From assembly GCF_004010195.1 (NCBI RefSeq), contig NC_057718.1:76537057-76601056 (forward strand): a stretch of 64,000 nucleotides of DNA, in the 5' to 3' direction. Both the position numbers and the translations under genes were made by a program. The stretch is from Chiloscyllium plagiosum. Lineage: Eukaryota. Below are positions 26,796-40,735 of the stretch, one piece after another; the first letter of the stretch is position 1; every line of letters starts with the position of its first letter. The notes under the pieces are model-generated. The model was not told the DNA's origin, made no database searches, and saw only the letters and a program-made list of their open reading frames with translations.

Positions 26796-28638
26796 CTGTC
26801 CAGCATTTCTCCAGTGTAACAACTTCTTCCACTGGGGCCAATGAAGGACATAGGATGATCCCTTGACATCAGGTTTCCATGCAGATTATTTCTGTGGCTT
26901 CACACCAATACTATATAGACAGAAGGCACCACTTAATCTTCAGAATTGCTGTTCCAAACAAATGAAGAGCTTATTAAGGCTATGAGGTGGATAATGTGGA
27001 TTGAAGAGAGGCAAAGAATAGAGCCAAGTAAGAAGATAAGGGTGTTTTTCAGATAGAACAACACCTCCAGCACTCTACAGTACAGCAACCATGGTAAAAA
27101 CAATGCAGGCAGGACTTCTTTGTGAATATCTTTCAACTGGGTTGTGTGAAATCATCTTTCACAGACTGCAAAGTAGAGATGGAAGACCTCTGGAGTGTCC
27201 AAAGAGAAGACTTCAAGAGGGGTCCTGTATGTACTTACTCCTCCAGATGGGTGCTTAGTGCCATAACTGCATCTCCTTATGAGGAAGGGGCACCTGGAAT
27301 GATGTCAAGATCCTACCACTTTACCATTTTTACTGAGCACCAAAGAATTAGTAGAGGCTATGCTCATACCCAGCAGACAATGAGCGTATTGGATCTAGCA
27401 CTCCATAGCAACTACTTACCGATCCCTGGATGCAGCCAGACCGCAGCACGGATATTCTTGTGAATCTAGGATAACCTCAAATTAGAAACCTACATTCCTC
27501 CTTTATGAAATCTGCTTATTATTCAGCTTTTAGATGTCATGTTGAGTTGGCCAAAACAAAGAGCAAATAGGTTGATAGTGCTCATGTTTATCCAAGGGGA
27601 GGAGAATAAAATGAGTTCCAGAACACTTTTCTGACAACCTGAATGACAGGAGCAAAGGAACACAAGAAAAGAGAGAAATGGTGTAAAACCAGCTTTACAA
27701 GGAATTAACTTATACAAAGAAAGAGGTTAAAATGTTTACCACAATGTGTCAGGTGCAGGATGCATTTATTTGAATGATATTAGCCCAACATGGCTAAGCA
27801 CTTAAGAAGGACTGCAGTGTTGAACTTTTAACTTTATTCTTTGATTTTTCTGCGTTCCACCAAGAAGGACTTTACTGTTGAACTTTTAACAATTTTTTTA
27901 ATGTTTCTACTTTGTACCTAAGATTTTATTCCTAGGTATCCTTGTACCTAAGATGGTGCTGGGAATGGTGACATTGTATACTTTTTACTGTACTCCTGTA
28001 TCCCTGTACTTCAGCACACGTGACAATAATACCTAATCCTAATTCTAATTCTAAATGTATGAATGAGACGAGTCATACCAGCAACTCGATAATTTTCAAC
28101 ATTTGTCTTACTCAATAAAAGCACAATAGTCTGCTTAACATATTGCAACAATTTGCTAGTTCTTTTAAGTGTTAAAATATATCCTGTATCTAAAGATGAA
28201 GGTAATTGGCAGTGAAATTTATTAACCTGCAACATTTTTGTTGGCCTTTATGATTTCGACTTCACTATAAGTTAAATTTGCAAAGAATCAGCCTTTATTA
28301 GCTTCTTTAAAAGTGCCGCATATGGTAGTTCTAATTGAATTACATCATCATGAAGTCATTTTCACTGTCCTCTGGAGAAACTGAAATCAGAAAAATGCTT
28401 TCTCAGGTTAAATATAAAGATATGCACAGGACTATTCTATACTAACATTTGTCAGAATATTACTTCATAGAAGTGAAGAAATATCACAAACATTTTACAA
28501 ACTGGAATTGTACCAGTTACAGTAACTCTTAGGTTATGGCTGCCAAAGGGCAACAGTCTCACTGAGCAAAACAGTCCTATAATCATTTGTCTTAGAGCCA
28601 TAATGTTGAAAGTTGTATTTATACAATTTTAATTTAAG

Positions 28639-28660
28639 TATATATATATATATATATATA
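28639..28660. repeat. (TA)11 microsatellite
   Basis: Direct read. Confidence 0.95.
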
Positions 28661-28894
28661 TGTTCTTCACAAAAATAATAAAGTTAACATGGAACCTAGG
28701 AGGAAGTGAATGGGAAAGAGATCTTAACATTACACTGGTAATGTTAATGTTAGAATAACTTACAAAGTGTAATATTAACTCCATATTACAAAATAACACA
28801 TAATGGAAAATATGAATTGAACTTTTCCTTCTACGGTTTTGCTTTCATTTTTCCATTTCTCTTATTTTAAATTCTCCATTTGTGCTTCTTTTTA

Positions 28895-30310
28895 TTCACA
28901 CATGGGATGTGGGTGTTATTGGCTGGGCCAACATTTATTGGTCATCCCTAGTTGCCTTTGAGAAGGTGGTGGCAAACTGCCTTCTGAATGGCTGCAGTCC
29001 ATGTGCTTAATGCTATACAGGTGGGAATTCCAGATTTTAACCCAGTGACATTGATGGAACAGCAGGTATATATCCGAATTTGGTTAGTGAGTGGAATTTG
29101 GAAGTGGTGAAGTTCCCATTCATCTGCTGTCCTTGTCCTTCTAGATGAAAGTGGTCATGGGTTTGGAAGGTGCTGTCTCAGGAACCTTTGTGAATTCCTG
29201 CAATGAAGTTTGTAGATGGTACACACTTGCTAGTTTGCATCAAAAGTAGAATGAGTGAATGTTTGTGGGAGTGGTGCCAAACAAGTGGGTTACTTTGCCC
29301 TCGATGGTGTCAGGTTTCTTTTGCATTTTTAGAGCTGCACTTATCCAGGTAGATGGAGAGCCTTCCATCACACTCCTGACATGTGCCTTGTAGATGGTTT
29401 GGAGAGTCAGAAGGTAAGCTATTCATTGCAGAATTTCTAGCCTCTGACCTGCTCTTGTAGCCACTGTTTTGTACGATTAGTCCATTTCAGATTCTGGTCA
29501 ATGATAATGGATGTTGACAGTGGAGGATTCAACTATGGTAATGGCATTGAATCTCAGAGGGCAATCCCTAATCCCTTAGAGTCATCCCTAATTGCTCAGG
29601 GGGCACAACGTTGCTCTGTGTTTGGAGGTGTGTGCAGGCCAGACTAGGTAAGGATGGTAAATTCCTTCCCTTGGGACAATAGTGATCCACATGGGCTTCA
29701 TTGTCAAAAATCGACAGTAGTTTCATGGTTGCCATTAGACTAGCTTTAAATTCCAGATTGTTATTGAATTCAGACTTCACCAATTGGCATGGTGGGTTTC
29801 AAACCCATACTTTCAGAAAAATATCCTGGGACTCTGGATTACTAGTTCAGCAAGTCTACCACTCTGCCTCTATCTCTCTTGATGGAGTTGGTAATTGCCT
29901 GACACTTGGGTGGCATGAATGTTACTTGGCCACTTGTCAGCCCAAACCTGGATATTATACATTTCTTGTTGCATTTGAACATGAATTGCTTCAGTGTTTG
30001 AGGAGCTGCAAATGGTTCTGAATATTGTGCAATCATCACTGAAAATCTCTACCTCTGACCTCACGGTGGAGGGAAGTTCATTGATGAGGAGCTGAAAATG
30101 GTTGGACCTAGGATGCTACCCTGAGGATTTCCTGCAGAGACAACTGATCTTCAACAACCAAGATCATCTTCCTATGTGCAAGTTATGACTCCAATCAGCA
30201 GAGAAAAGTTCCTGCCCGATTACCATTGACTCCAATTTTGTGAGAGCTCCTTGATATTATACTTGATCAATTCCAGCCTAGACATCTAGGGCAGTCACTC
30301 TCAACACTAC
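28895..30310 (-). mobile_element. Second CR1-clade LINE 3' region, with a SINE-like insert at about 29570-29865
   Basis: RSEVEIFSDDCTIF...WADKW in ORF 29870..30064; homologous to 49778-50552 plus 52311-52636. Confidence 0.7.
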
Positions 30311-30838
30311 TCCCTGAGGTTGATTTAATTTTTGTTTACATAGTTTTGATTATTTATAAACTAGTTTCATCCATGCATTCAAAGCATTTTACTCATAATA
30401 AAATTTAGCTTTAACTATATTCTGACATTTAAAAGTCTTATTGAATTATTTGTTTAAAATTATCTGCACTTTCAAACATCCATATACTTACATGATGACA
30501 TGGGGCAGAATGTTCCATGAAAATGTTCTGATCAGAGACACTTACATTCTTGGTCCTTCAAAAATGTTTTATTAGATTCATGACTCCGATGTGATTACAT
30601 TTTGAGATGACCTAACATCTTTCTATGTGTCTCAGCAGTGCTAATCTTTCACATAAGGTTGCCAACTCGAGAGCTGACAGTATCATTGGCCTGACACTAT
30701 CAGAAATCTGCCTTGATCAATGAGTTAGGATGCAGCCTAATTAAGAGACCACCTTCTGTAAAATGGTCTGTCTCCCAGTAGGTGCAGGCTTTGGACTGTC
30801 AATTGGTCCTAAAATTGTGATTCCGAACATTTGGGAAA

Positions 30839-31161
30839 TTAGATTAGATTAGATTAGATTACTTACAGTGTGGAAACAGGGCCTTCGGCCCAACAAGTCC
30901 ACACCGCCCCGCCGAAGCGCAACCCACCCATACCCCTACATTTACCCCTTACCTAACACTACGGGCAATTTAGCATGGCGAATTCACCTGACCTGCACAT
31001 CTTTTGGACTGTGGGAGGAAACCGGAGCACCCGGAGGAAACCCACGCAGACACGGAGAGAATGTGCAAACTCCACACAGTCAGTCGCCTGAGTCGGGAAT
31101 TGAACCCGGATCTCTGGCGCTGTGAGGCAGCAGTGCTAACCACTGTGCCACTGTGCCGCCC
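30839..31161 (-). mobile_element. tRNA-derived SINE (HE1-like), young copy
   Basis: Reverse complement of the 35328 copy; (ttaga)n tail; CpGs retained. Confidence 0.92.
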
Positions 31162-32450
31162 TATTATGTCTATCCCCTGAATCACATCCCCTATTACTGG
31201 ACAATGGGGTCTGAGATGTGTTCTTACACTTCTGATAGGAAGTGTGCTGGACAGCATCTTGATAAAGGGATTTGTGTGAATGCACATAATAACTACTGAG
31301 AGCATAGATAGCTGTCTTAATATCAATCATTATGCAACTCACTGATTTTACTCCAGCATTTCAATTTCCAACAACTACATGCCCTGCTAAATATGTTAAA
31401 TAGCATATACCTCCACCTGTACAATTTAAAGGGAATATTAAACATTCATAGGTTAGTTGCTGTGTTGTTGGTGCAATTGTGCACGTTTTCCCAAAGCTTG
31501 AGCATTTTGCCTGGCAAAGTCTAGCTGGTACAAAATATTATTTAAAAGCTTGTGCTGAATCCATTTGCTTCCAGACATGAGTGGCATGATTAGTCTTCAT
31601 TTTGGAAATTAGCATGGCTGGAAGAATGAAAAGAACCCACAGAAAGCAGAACAAGCTTCTGGAGGAGGAGCACGGTTGGGAGATGAGTTCACAGCAGGTG
31701 TCATACTCACCGAGAATGTTAAGGGCTTTAATTCTCTTATCTCAAGTTCAGCAATGGCTGACAGTTCAGAAGTTGTTGCTTCATTAATGTAGTAATGACA
31801 GAATTCCGTGAAATCTTGTAGCCACCAATGGAGCCTCAAGCAGGCAGGAATGCTTTGGTTCCAGTTGTCAATGTTACCTGGATCTTTGCTTTTCTTATTC
31901 TAACTCCTTCTAATGCTACTGGAGATATCAGCAACATGTCAAATTTTGCAGTACATTGCTATCTGAGGGAATGCACTGAGGCTTTGTAGAGTCATAGCCT
32001 CACTTCATTCCTACTTGCCACAGAAAAGCAGACAGAATGAGCCTGGGGGTTTGGAAATGTTGCCGGCCTCCCAATAGTGCAGGGTACCATTTAACTACAT
32101 CCCGTCACTTTTCAGGAGTGTCTTATGAACTCAGCTATTTTCTTGAGTTCCAGTCCCTCAATATGGAAATGGTTCAGAACGCAGTCCATTATTTAAGCAG
32201 AAATAACAACTCCATCCCCATGTGATGGGCCTCTCTGTCAAATGCATTGGATACGTATTCAAAAGTCAAATTCTGGTTTGTTTACTCATCACATGGCTCA
32301 TAACTGTATTCAGATCCCTCGCACAGTAGGAGATGTTCAATGAGAGCCATGCTTCCTCAGGGAATATTATCGGGTACACTCATCGGCATCTTCAAGCAAG
32401 TCTAGGATTGCCCTGGAGGAATACTGCAGGAATGATTCCAAAATGTTCTA

Positions 32451-33096
32451 TGTTACGGACCTGAACAAACCCCTCAAAATATGTTAAAAAGATAGTCTAG
32501 ACCCTAATGTTTTCTTATTTTAAAGGTAGGTGTAAGTTGGTGCATTCCAGATAGAATTTGATTGGTCAAATTACTCAACATTAAGCAAAACACATTTCAC
32601 TCAAACACTATTGGTAAAATACAACAAAAGAAAAAATATAGAAAAGAATCGGTTCAGCTGTAACTCTATCGAAATGCTTAACAAAATAACAGATACAGTA
32701 ACTATTATTAATTAACTGTTCCAATGTAGTAACATCCCGTAAACACACCCTTGACAAAGGCAAATTCAGAATAACAGACAATCTCATCTGCAACTCCAGC
32801 AGCAAGAAGAAAACCCCTAACTTTTAGCTGTAACCAAGAGAGGGGGAAAAAAGGCTTCCACTTCTTCAAGACCCCAGCATCATATGCTAAAAGCTAAAAC
32901 TAAAAATCCTGGTCCTTTGGGAGCTTGACCACACCCATTCAGGCTGCTTCTATTGTTACAACTTTAAAAAAAACTCCAAGGCCTCACAAGCTGTTTACTC
33001 CAGTGGCTCTGCATGGATTGCTCTGACCTCTAACTTAGAACCTCTCTTCAAACAAAAAGGACAAAATACATCTCTTAAGGCCATAGTATTGTCACA
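32451..33096. mobile_element. Solo LTR, 646 bp
   Basis: Ends TGTTAC...GTCACA (imperfect inverted termini) with a 4-bp TSD TCTA (32447-32450, 33097-33100). Confidence 0.75.
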
Positions 33097-33302
33097 TCTA
33101 GTAGTAAGCTGCATGGTGTATACCCTTGTCATTGTGATGGAAGAAATCCGTGGTCACGTGTTGGTTCACAGAGAAGGAATGAAATCCCTTTAAGTTTAAA
33201 AAAATTCTTTGAATTCCTTACTGCACACATATTGACTGCCACACACACATTGTGAGGTTCATAGAACCCTGGACCATGGGCACTGACCTCATTATAATGT
33301 AG

Positions 33303-33851
33303 GAGAAAGTGAGGACTGCAGATACTGGAGATCAGAGTCAAAAAAGTGTGGCACTGGAAAAGCACAGCAAGTCAGGCAGCATCCAAGGAACAGGAGACTT
33401 GATGTTACGGGCATCAGGAAGGGTTTATGCCCAAAACATCGCCCCATCATTTGTGGGCGACATGGTGGCACAGCACTGCTGCCTCACAGCGCCAGAGACC
33501 TAGGTTCAATTCCTGCCTCGGGCAACTGTCTGTGTGGAGTTTGCACATTCTCCCCGTGTCTGCGTGGGTTTCCTCCAGGTGTTCCGGTTTCCTCCCACAG
33601 TCCAAAGATGTGCAGGTTAGGTGAATTGGCCATGCTAAATTGCCAATAATGTTAGGTGAAGGGGTAAATGTAGGGGAATGGGTCTGGAAGGGTTGCTCTT
33701 CAGAGGGTTGGTGTGGACTTGTTGGGACGAAGGGTCTGTTTCCACACTGTAAGTAATCTAATCTAATCTGCAAGTAATCTAAACTAATCCTCCTTCTCAG
33801 ATGCTGCCTAACCTGCTGTGCTTTTCCAGCAACACACTTTTTGATTCACTA
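33303..33851. mobile_element. Fold-back mini-PLE (family A) split by a SINE
   Basis: Left arm 33303-33440, right arm about 33790-33848; possible TSD AATGTAG (33296-33302, 33852-33858). Confidence 0.75.
33455..33789 (+). mobile_element. tRNA-derived SINE (HE1-like)
   Basis: Same family as 8401-8706; (aatct)n tail. Confidence 0.9.
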
Positions 33852-34414
33852 AATGTAGATGATTCTGCAGTTGGAGATTACACCAGAATGCATGCCAGTT
33901 GTCATTTAAATGGTTAGGTTGGATAGTAGGTGTGAGGAGAAGGAAGGGTTGGGGGCCATTGTCTGTACTTGTAGTTTGTTTAGAGGCTGGGAATACTGTT
34001 ATGCAGTTAGGTGGTTGGGATGGGGATGACCTTAGTGAAAAGGTCCTGGGGGATTTGAGAGAGCATGGAATTCCCAGGGCTGGAAATCATGATAAATACT
34101 TACTTTTTAAATTCTGTGCTATTTAGTACTGGTTTCCTAGAGGTAACATGCATTACTGTTGGCTTCCTTAGGGAAAACCAAAGGTGCAGCAGTGGCCAGA
34201 AGCAGGCTTTGGTTCCTGTTTTCACACTTGCAAACACTCCAACACCAGCTTCAGGCATGGTGAAAGGATATCACCAAGATGGCCTCCTGTGCATTTCCTG
34301 TAAGAAGTGTGCATGAGAATCTTAGACCTCATCCTTATCTAAAAACAGATACTATGTGGTTTAATCTAAGCTCTAAGTCCATAAAACACAAGAATAACTT
34401 TCTTAAAGCATAAT

Positions 34415-34636
34415 ATAGGCAGTTCTGCTACAACACATGTTTCTTCAACATGTATTAGTTTTAACGCAATTGAGGAATTTAGACCGTCATTTATACAATG
34501 TGAACTTTCTTACCTGTATTGGCTATAACATGATTCCAGCCCTGTTAGCTTAAATGGCGGAGCGATTACATGATTTTCTTACAACACGAGATCACACGAG
34601 AATGGAACTATTGCATTATATTAGGACTGATTGTAC
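34415..34636. mobile_element. Possible Tc1/mariner(Tigger)-type MITE
   Basis: Degenerate inverted termini tataggcagttctgctacaac / ttatattaggactgattgta, TA-bounded. Confidence 0.4.
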
Positions 34637-35327
34637 ACCATTTCTTTAAACATAATTCTTCCTTTTTTAAAATGTGCTTTTAACGTTTTTCCCACTATGT
34701 GATTCAATCAATGGAAGAAAGTGATAAATAAAAAATGCTATTTTGATCAGCAAAAAAACTGGTCAAAAGGCTACTCTCATTATGATTTATTAACTAATAA
34801 TGGCTTCTAGATATTTTATTTACTAATCAGCAATTTTGGAAATGTTATTACACACCTCTGGAGCAGGTGGAACTTGAACCTGGATTAGCTAGCCCAGAGG
34901 TAGGGATACTACCATTGTGCCACAAGTGCTCTAGTCATGGTTGCAATAATTGCAGTCACCTTGTAACTTTGTGGCAGAATAAGAGTGAGATATCTAGGAG
35001 CAGTTTTATTGGGTACTTGGCAGAATCTACATTCCATGGTTTGTCACTAGAATTTTAACTTCAAAAGGTTTCTGGCAAAGAAGACACAGTGTTAAAATTC
35101 CTCATGCAGGGTAACAGGATGTTGGTTTCTACTCATGATACTCAGTAATAAAGTTCCTGCTCTCAAGATTGCAGAAAGGGACACCAGAAATTAATTCTTA
35201 TTGACCTAGCAGACTCAGTTTTGGACTGTGATAAATATCTAAACATTTTCCTGGTAGCTACCTAAAACATGAATTGGATTCCTTAGATGTATAAATGTGG
35301 TTTCTAAGAGCATACTTGGGTCCCCTT

Positions 35328-35649
35328 GGGCGGCACGGTGACACAGTGGTTAGCACTGCTGCCGCACAGCGCCAGAGACCCGGGTTCAATTCCCGCCTCA
35401 GGCGACTGACTGTGTGGAGTTTGCACGTTCTCCTCATGTCTGCGTGGGTTTCCTCCGGGTGCTCCGGTTTCCTCCCACCATCCAAAGATGTGCAGGGTCA
35501 GGTGAATTGGCCATACTAAATTGCCTGTAGTGTAAGGTAAGGGGTAAATGTAGGGGTATGGGTGGGTTTCGCTTCGGCGGGTCAGTGTGGACTTGTTGGG
35601 CCGAAGGGCCTGTTTCCACACTGTAATCTAATCTAAATCTAAATCTAAA
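35328..35649 (+). mobile_element. tRNA-derived SINE (HE1-like), young copy
   Basis: A and B boxes, central domain, (aatcta)n tail. Confidence 0.92.
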
Positions 35650-35844
35650 TTGGGCTGAAATCAGGGGATAAACATCAGCTTTCATGGTTGCTATAACGCC
35701 CTCTTCTGATCATCACCTCCCAACTCTTATCACTTTCTCACCTTTTGTGTTTCTGCTGATGAAGCAAGAACCTAATATTTGCTGATATAAATGCAAAACC
35801 TATCTTTGAAGACAAAATGGCAAGTCACAAATTTCACTTTTGTG

Positions 35845-35920
35845 GAGATGAGTTCGGTTGGGCAGGAGCAGGCTGAGACGATGGGTCGTCCGGGGCAGTC
35901 AGGTTTGTGGATTTTGGGAG
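35845..35920 (-). mobile_element. Isolated PLE RT N-terminal fragment
   Basis: Minus strand reads PKIHKPDCPGRPIVSACSCPTELIS (PLE PKIHK/RPIVS motif). Confidence 0.75.
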
Positions 35921-37768
35921 GCCCAATATCAGGTCAGGATCCTAACTGGAAGCTGCACTCAAATCAGTGTTGGTCGTGAAAATAGGCTGAGGTAAATTTC
36001 TACTTCTAGGCATTTCTCTACAGGAGATAAATACATTCAACCTAAACTGTCCATATGCTTCTAAATGGATCTACTCAAGACTAATGGAGATAGAGACTAA
36101 TGCTTAGGTGGTCGTGAGGGAACGGAATGTAGATTAGTGTGGGGAGAAACAAAGAAATCTGGAGACAGAATGAAAAATTAATTGAAAGTTTTAGGAAATG
36201 GGGATTACCATTTGCAAATCTGAATTTAAAGGATAAAAGTGATGATTGGTCATGCCATTATTTGGACATAACTTCAAATCAAATTCTTATCTCCACCTTG
36301 TTAATGGATGCCTAAGTCCATTAATAGCTCTGGTAAAGTAGCAGTGGGAGAAAGTTCTTCTGAGCACATTGTGCTCATATGACAAGATGGCTGGGAATAA
36401 TTTCCAGCCTGACACAGTATGTATAATTTATGCACAATATTCTGTGATATTTGTGGGTCTTGTGGTACCATGATTTTTAAGCCAAGTAATTCCACATTAA
36501 TTTTATAACTACAAAATATAGTTCACAGTTAAAAGTAGAGTGGTTCACTTTAAAATAAACTTATGAATGACATATTTCTGATCTCACTCAATTATTTATT
36601 TTTCAATATATCACAGCTCTCTTTCATTTCCCATTTATATAAACGATCAGAGAGAAGGATGGGAGGGAGAAGCTCAGTGAACAAGGCCTGCTGTGACATT
36701 AATCCAGGTTTTTCAACCATTTCAGACAAGTGAGGATATTTCCTTTTTCCAGTGATCTAATTTCAGTGTTTTATCTAGTTGACACAAGATTTTATACTTC
36801 AATGACCACATAGATTCCATGTTTGTTTAAGCAGTTGAGGAAGAAGCGTCTTTGTCTGGCCTTGTGTAAACTATAATGAGAACCAACTCTTTAATCATAC
36901 AATCACTGAGTTTTTGTATAATTAAATATCTAGAACAAGAAAGTTGTGCAGAACATCCATTTTTATGATTTGGTTTATGAGACTGCAAGAAAATAGAAGC
37001 ATCAAATCAGTAGTTAGAAATAAGAATCATGTTGTTTGATAATGCAAACACATCACCACTCGCAATTTTGTAACACACATATATCAATTGGATTTTCAAT
37101 CGGGGTGCAGGTACACAATAAAAATTGCCATCTTGGATGGTCACTAGAACAACAAAACAAAGTAAAGGCAGAAACAGGGAGCCGTCAATTTGGACATCTC
37201 CAATTAATATCTTGCTGAGTTCATTAATAGTCTTTGGGGCAGCAGATGGAGAGTATGGGATATGTTAAGTTGCAGCTGTCATGGACACAGTGTAGAGCTG
37301 GATGGGCTCATGAATGCATGCTGAATAGTAGTTCAAAAAAAGGGAGATTTAACCTCAACAAGTTGCACAGAGTTTGCCAACATTGGTGCTGAGAGTTTAC
37401 ATTTTAAGCAATGAACGGTTGGGCTCATGTAGGGATGTGAAAATGCTAGTATCACTTAGGTGTCAGGTGAGTAGACAAAGCTGTGGTCAACCAATAAGGA
37501 TGAGCTGAACAAATTGAGATGGGAGCAGGATCCTCTGTCATTTGTGTAGTGAGCTTCAGCTGTCGCAGTCTCATTACTTTGGAGGCTGAGAGATATTGCT
37601 GTGAGAGAAAAGGAAGCTTCTCGTAACAAAAATATTTCAATGTAAGAAAATATTGCATTTTACTGAGTTATACAGAATGTTACTGTTTCCCCTGCTTACT
37701 CTTAGCCCTTGAAATGAAGCATTAACTTGTGAGCTAAATGTAAACATGTTTTTACTCAATTTCTACAG

Positions 37769-37942
37769 GCTCGAGAGGATGTTATTCACTTGCTGAAGTC
37801 GAACAAGATTAATCCGGAGTCTTTAGAGGCTTATTATGGTCTGGCCGTTCCTGAGACAATTTTACGGACATTGTACAGGGATGCCAATCAAGCCCAGGAA
37901 AAGAAGACAGGTGAAGATGTTTATGAGAAACCAATGGCAGAG
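37769..37942 (+). CDS. FILIP1: Internal coding exon of filamin-A-interacting protein 1 (CortBP2-type coiled-coil region)
   Basis: Acceptor tttctacag|GCT and donor GAG|gtaagc; 174 bp, phase 0-0. Translates AREDVIHLLKSNKINPESLEAYYGLAVPETILRTLYRDANQAQEKKTGEDVYEKPMAE, matching my recollection of vertebrate FILIP1 (AREDVIHMLK...GEDVYEKPISE) better than FILIP1L. Confidence 0.88.
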
Positions 37943-38821
37943 GTAAGCTTTCAGGTTTGGATTATTCATGTATCGTGCAGGAAACCCTTAATCTGATGCA
38001 TCACATCTGAGTGCTTTCACCTGGGCCCAATAAAGGATTAGTAGCCCATTTTAGGATGGGACTTTCAAAAATGACCTAATATTAATTTTAGCCAGAACTA
38101 CACTGTGCAAGTTCTGACTAGTTCCATGTGTAATGTAATTGCAGAGATTCAGCCACTTTGAAAAATATCCCTGTCAGATTTAAATGATGCAGAGTCTCAG
38201 AATCTATTGAGAAACTTAAAGATAATCCCATCCTATAACAATGATGTAGGATATTTCCATAATGTTAGATGGTTCAGTAGATGGTGAAGCAGGTTACTAC
38301 AGTCACTCCTGTAATGAATAGCTTCATAGCATCCTATCAGAAGCTCATAGGATTTTCTGTTTTTTTTTCTCAAGTTCCTTGTCAATTTCTCTATAATTTT
38401 ACAGCTGGCACTTAAAGCACAGGGTTTACAAATGTAAAGCCCCAAGTATATAAAGCCGATAGGTTAGGATCCTTGTGGACCAGTGCTGGTGTCCATACCT
38501 CCAGGCCAGAAGAACTGGGTTTGAGTCCTACCTGCTGTACATGTGTTATAACATCTCTGAACATGTTGTTTAGAAAATATCTGTTAGGCTAAAGTAGGAA
38601 CCTGAGACCAGGCATCCTTGTTGGAATATGTACCAATGGGCACATCCTACAAGAGAAAAGGCCAAAGCATTTGCAGTCATCTTCAGTCACAAATGCTGAG
38701 TGCATGATCTACCTCCAGCCACAATCTCTATCCTCACAAAGCCTAGCCAATTCAAATCACACCACGTGATTTGAAGAGAAGGCTGAATATACTAGATGTA
38801 CCGAAGGATATAGGTTCTGCC

Positions 38822-39251
38822 AACTATAGGGAGAGGATGAAGTGGCTGGGGCTTTTATCCCTGGAGCATCAGGTGACTTTACAGAGCTTGGTAAAACTAT
38901 GAGGGGCATGGATAGGATGAATAGTCAAGGCCTTTTTCCTGGCTAAGAGAGTCCAAACTAAAGGGCATAGATTGAAAGTGAGAGGGGAAAGATTTAAAAG
39001 AGACCTGAAGGTCACCTTTTTAATGCGGAGGGTAGTGCGTGTATGGAATAATTTGCCAGAGGAGGTTGTGGAAGTAGGAACAATTACAAAAGGCATCTGG
39101 TTGGGTACATGAATAGAAAGGGTTTAGAGCAAAATGGGTGAAATGTTGACAAACGGGACTCGAATAGTTTAGGATATCTGGTTGGCGCAGATGAGTTGGA
39201 TCAAAGGGTCTGTTTCTCTGTTGTTAATCTCTGTGACTCCATGACTCTATA
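38822..39251 (+). mobile_element. CR1/HER1-like LINE 3' end
   Basis: Homologous to 49094-49657; gactccatgactctat tail. Confidence 0.8.
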
Positions 39252-39419
39252 GTGCTGAAAATCTATTCTATACTAGCCAAGCTCCTAGTACAGTTACAAC
39301 ACCTGCATTTACTGGACAATGTGGACATTTTCCAAGGTATGTCCTGCCCACAAAAAAGGGAGAAGTCTGCTCCAGACAATTACTGGCCAATCACCCTAGC
39401 TTCAATAGTCATAAAGATC

Positions 39420-40735
39420 TACAACACAGCAAAAGGCCCTTCAGTCCATTGAGTCTGCACCAGTCAAAAATAACCATCTAACTATTCTAATCCCGTTTTC
39501 CAGCACTTGGCCCATAGTCTTGTATTCCTTTGTATCACAAGTGCACATCTTAAATGTTATAAGGGTTTCTGCCTCTACACCCTTGCAGGCAATGAGTTCC
39601 AGATTCCCACCACCTCCTGAGTTGACATGCTTTTCTCTTGCATCTCCTCTAAACCTTTGCCTCTAACCTTAAATTTAGGCTCCCTGGTCATTGATCCCTC
39701 TATGCCTCTCTCCTGTCTTCCCTATCTATGCCCCTCATAATTTTATACATCCCAATCATGTCTCTACCCAGTCTCCTTTGCTCTTAGGAAAACAGTCCCA
39801 GTCTGACCAATCTCTATTCATAACTGAAACTCTCCAGCCCAGGCAATATGCTGATAAATCTCCTCTGCATTTCTCTCCTATAATGTGGTTCCAGAAGTGC
39901 ACACATTACTCTAGATGTGGCCTAAACAACATTTCTTACAGTTCCATCATTACCTGTCTGCTCTTAAACTCTATTCCTGGTTAAGAAAGGCAAATATATC
40001 ATATACCTTGTTAGTCACTTTGCCTGCTTGACCTGATACCTTAGGGGACTGTACACCAAGATTCTACTGATCCTTGGTGCTTCCAAGGTTACTATTGTTC
40101 GTCATGCATTCTTTTGCCTTCTTTCCCCAGCCCAAGTGCAACAATTTATGTTTATCCAGATTGATTTGCCTCTAATTAGTCCATTTGACCAGCCTGTCTG
40201 TATGATCTCTTGTAGTTTAAGCCTATCCTCCTTACTATTTACCACCCCACCAATTTTTGATTCACCTGTGAACTTACTGATCAATCTTTCTACATTCAAG
40301 TCTAAATTATTTATACATACCAAGGGCCCTAACACTAACCCCTGTGGGACCCCACTTGGCACAGAATTCCATTCAGAAAAACAACCCAACCATCATCCCC
40401 TGCTTTCTGACAGTTGTGGATCCAAGTTCTCAAATTTCCTTGGTTTCCAAGGGCTCTTACCTTTGCTATCAGTCTCCCAAGCAGGCCTTATCAAAAGCTT
40501 TTGTAAAGTCCAATTAGACTTCACCAAAAGAAAGTCTACGTCTACATATCTGGTCGCCTCTTTGAAAAATTCAGTCAAATTAGTCAGATGTGATTTCCCT
40601 TAACAAAACCATACTGACTGTTCTTGATTTAATCCCTGCCTCTCCAAGTGCAGAATAATCATTGTCCCTGAGAATTGCTTCCAATATTCTCTCCATCACT
40701 GAGGTTAGACTTACTGACCTGTAGTTTCCTGGTTC
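39420..40735 (-). mobile_element. Decayed CR1 LINE RT and 3' end
   Basis: SGVPQGLVLGP...ISKF...KIGGVVNS and PGNYRSVSLTSV in ORFs 40102..40389 and 40580..40783. Confidence 0.85.

Noticed and set aside
35756..35765. Isolated CTGATGAAG resembling a hammerhead box
   Set aside because: No stem II or GAAA box follows.
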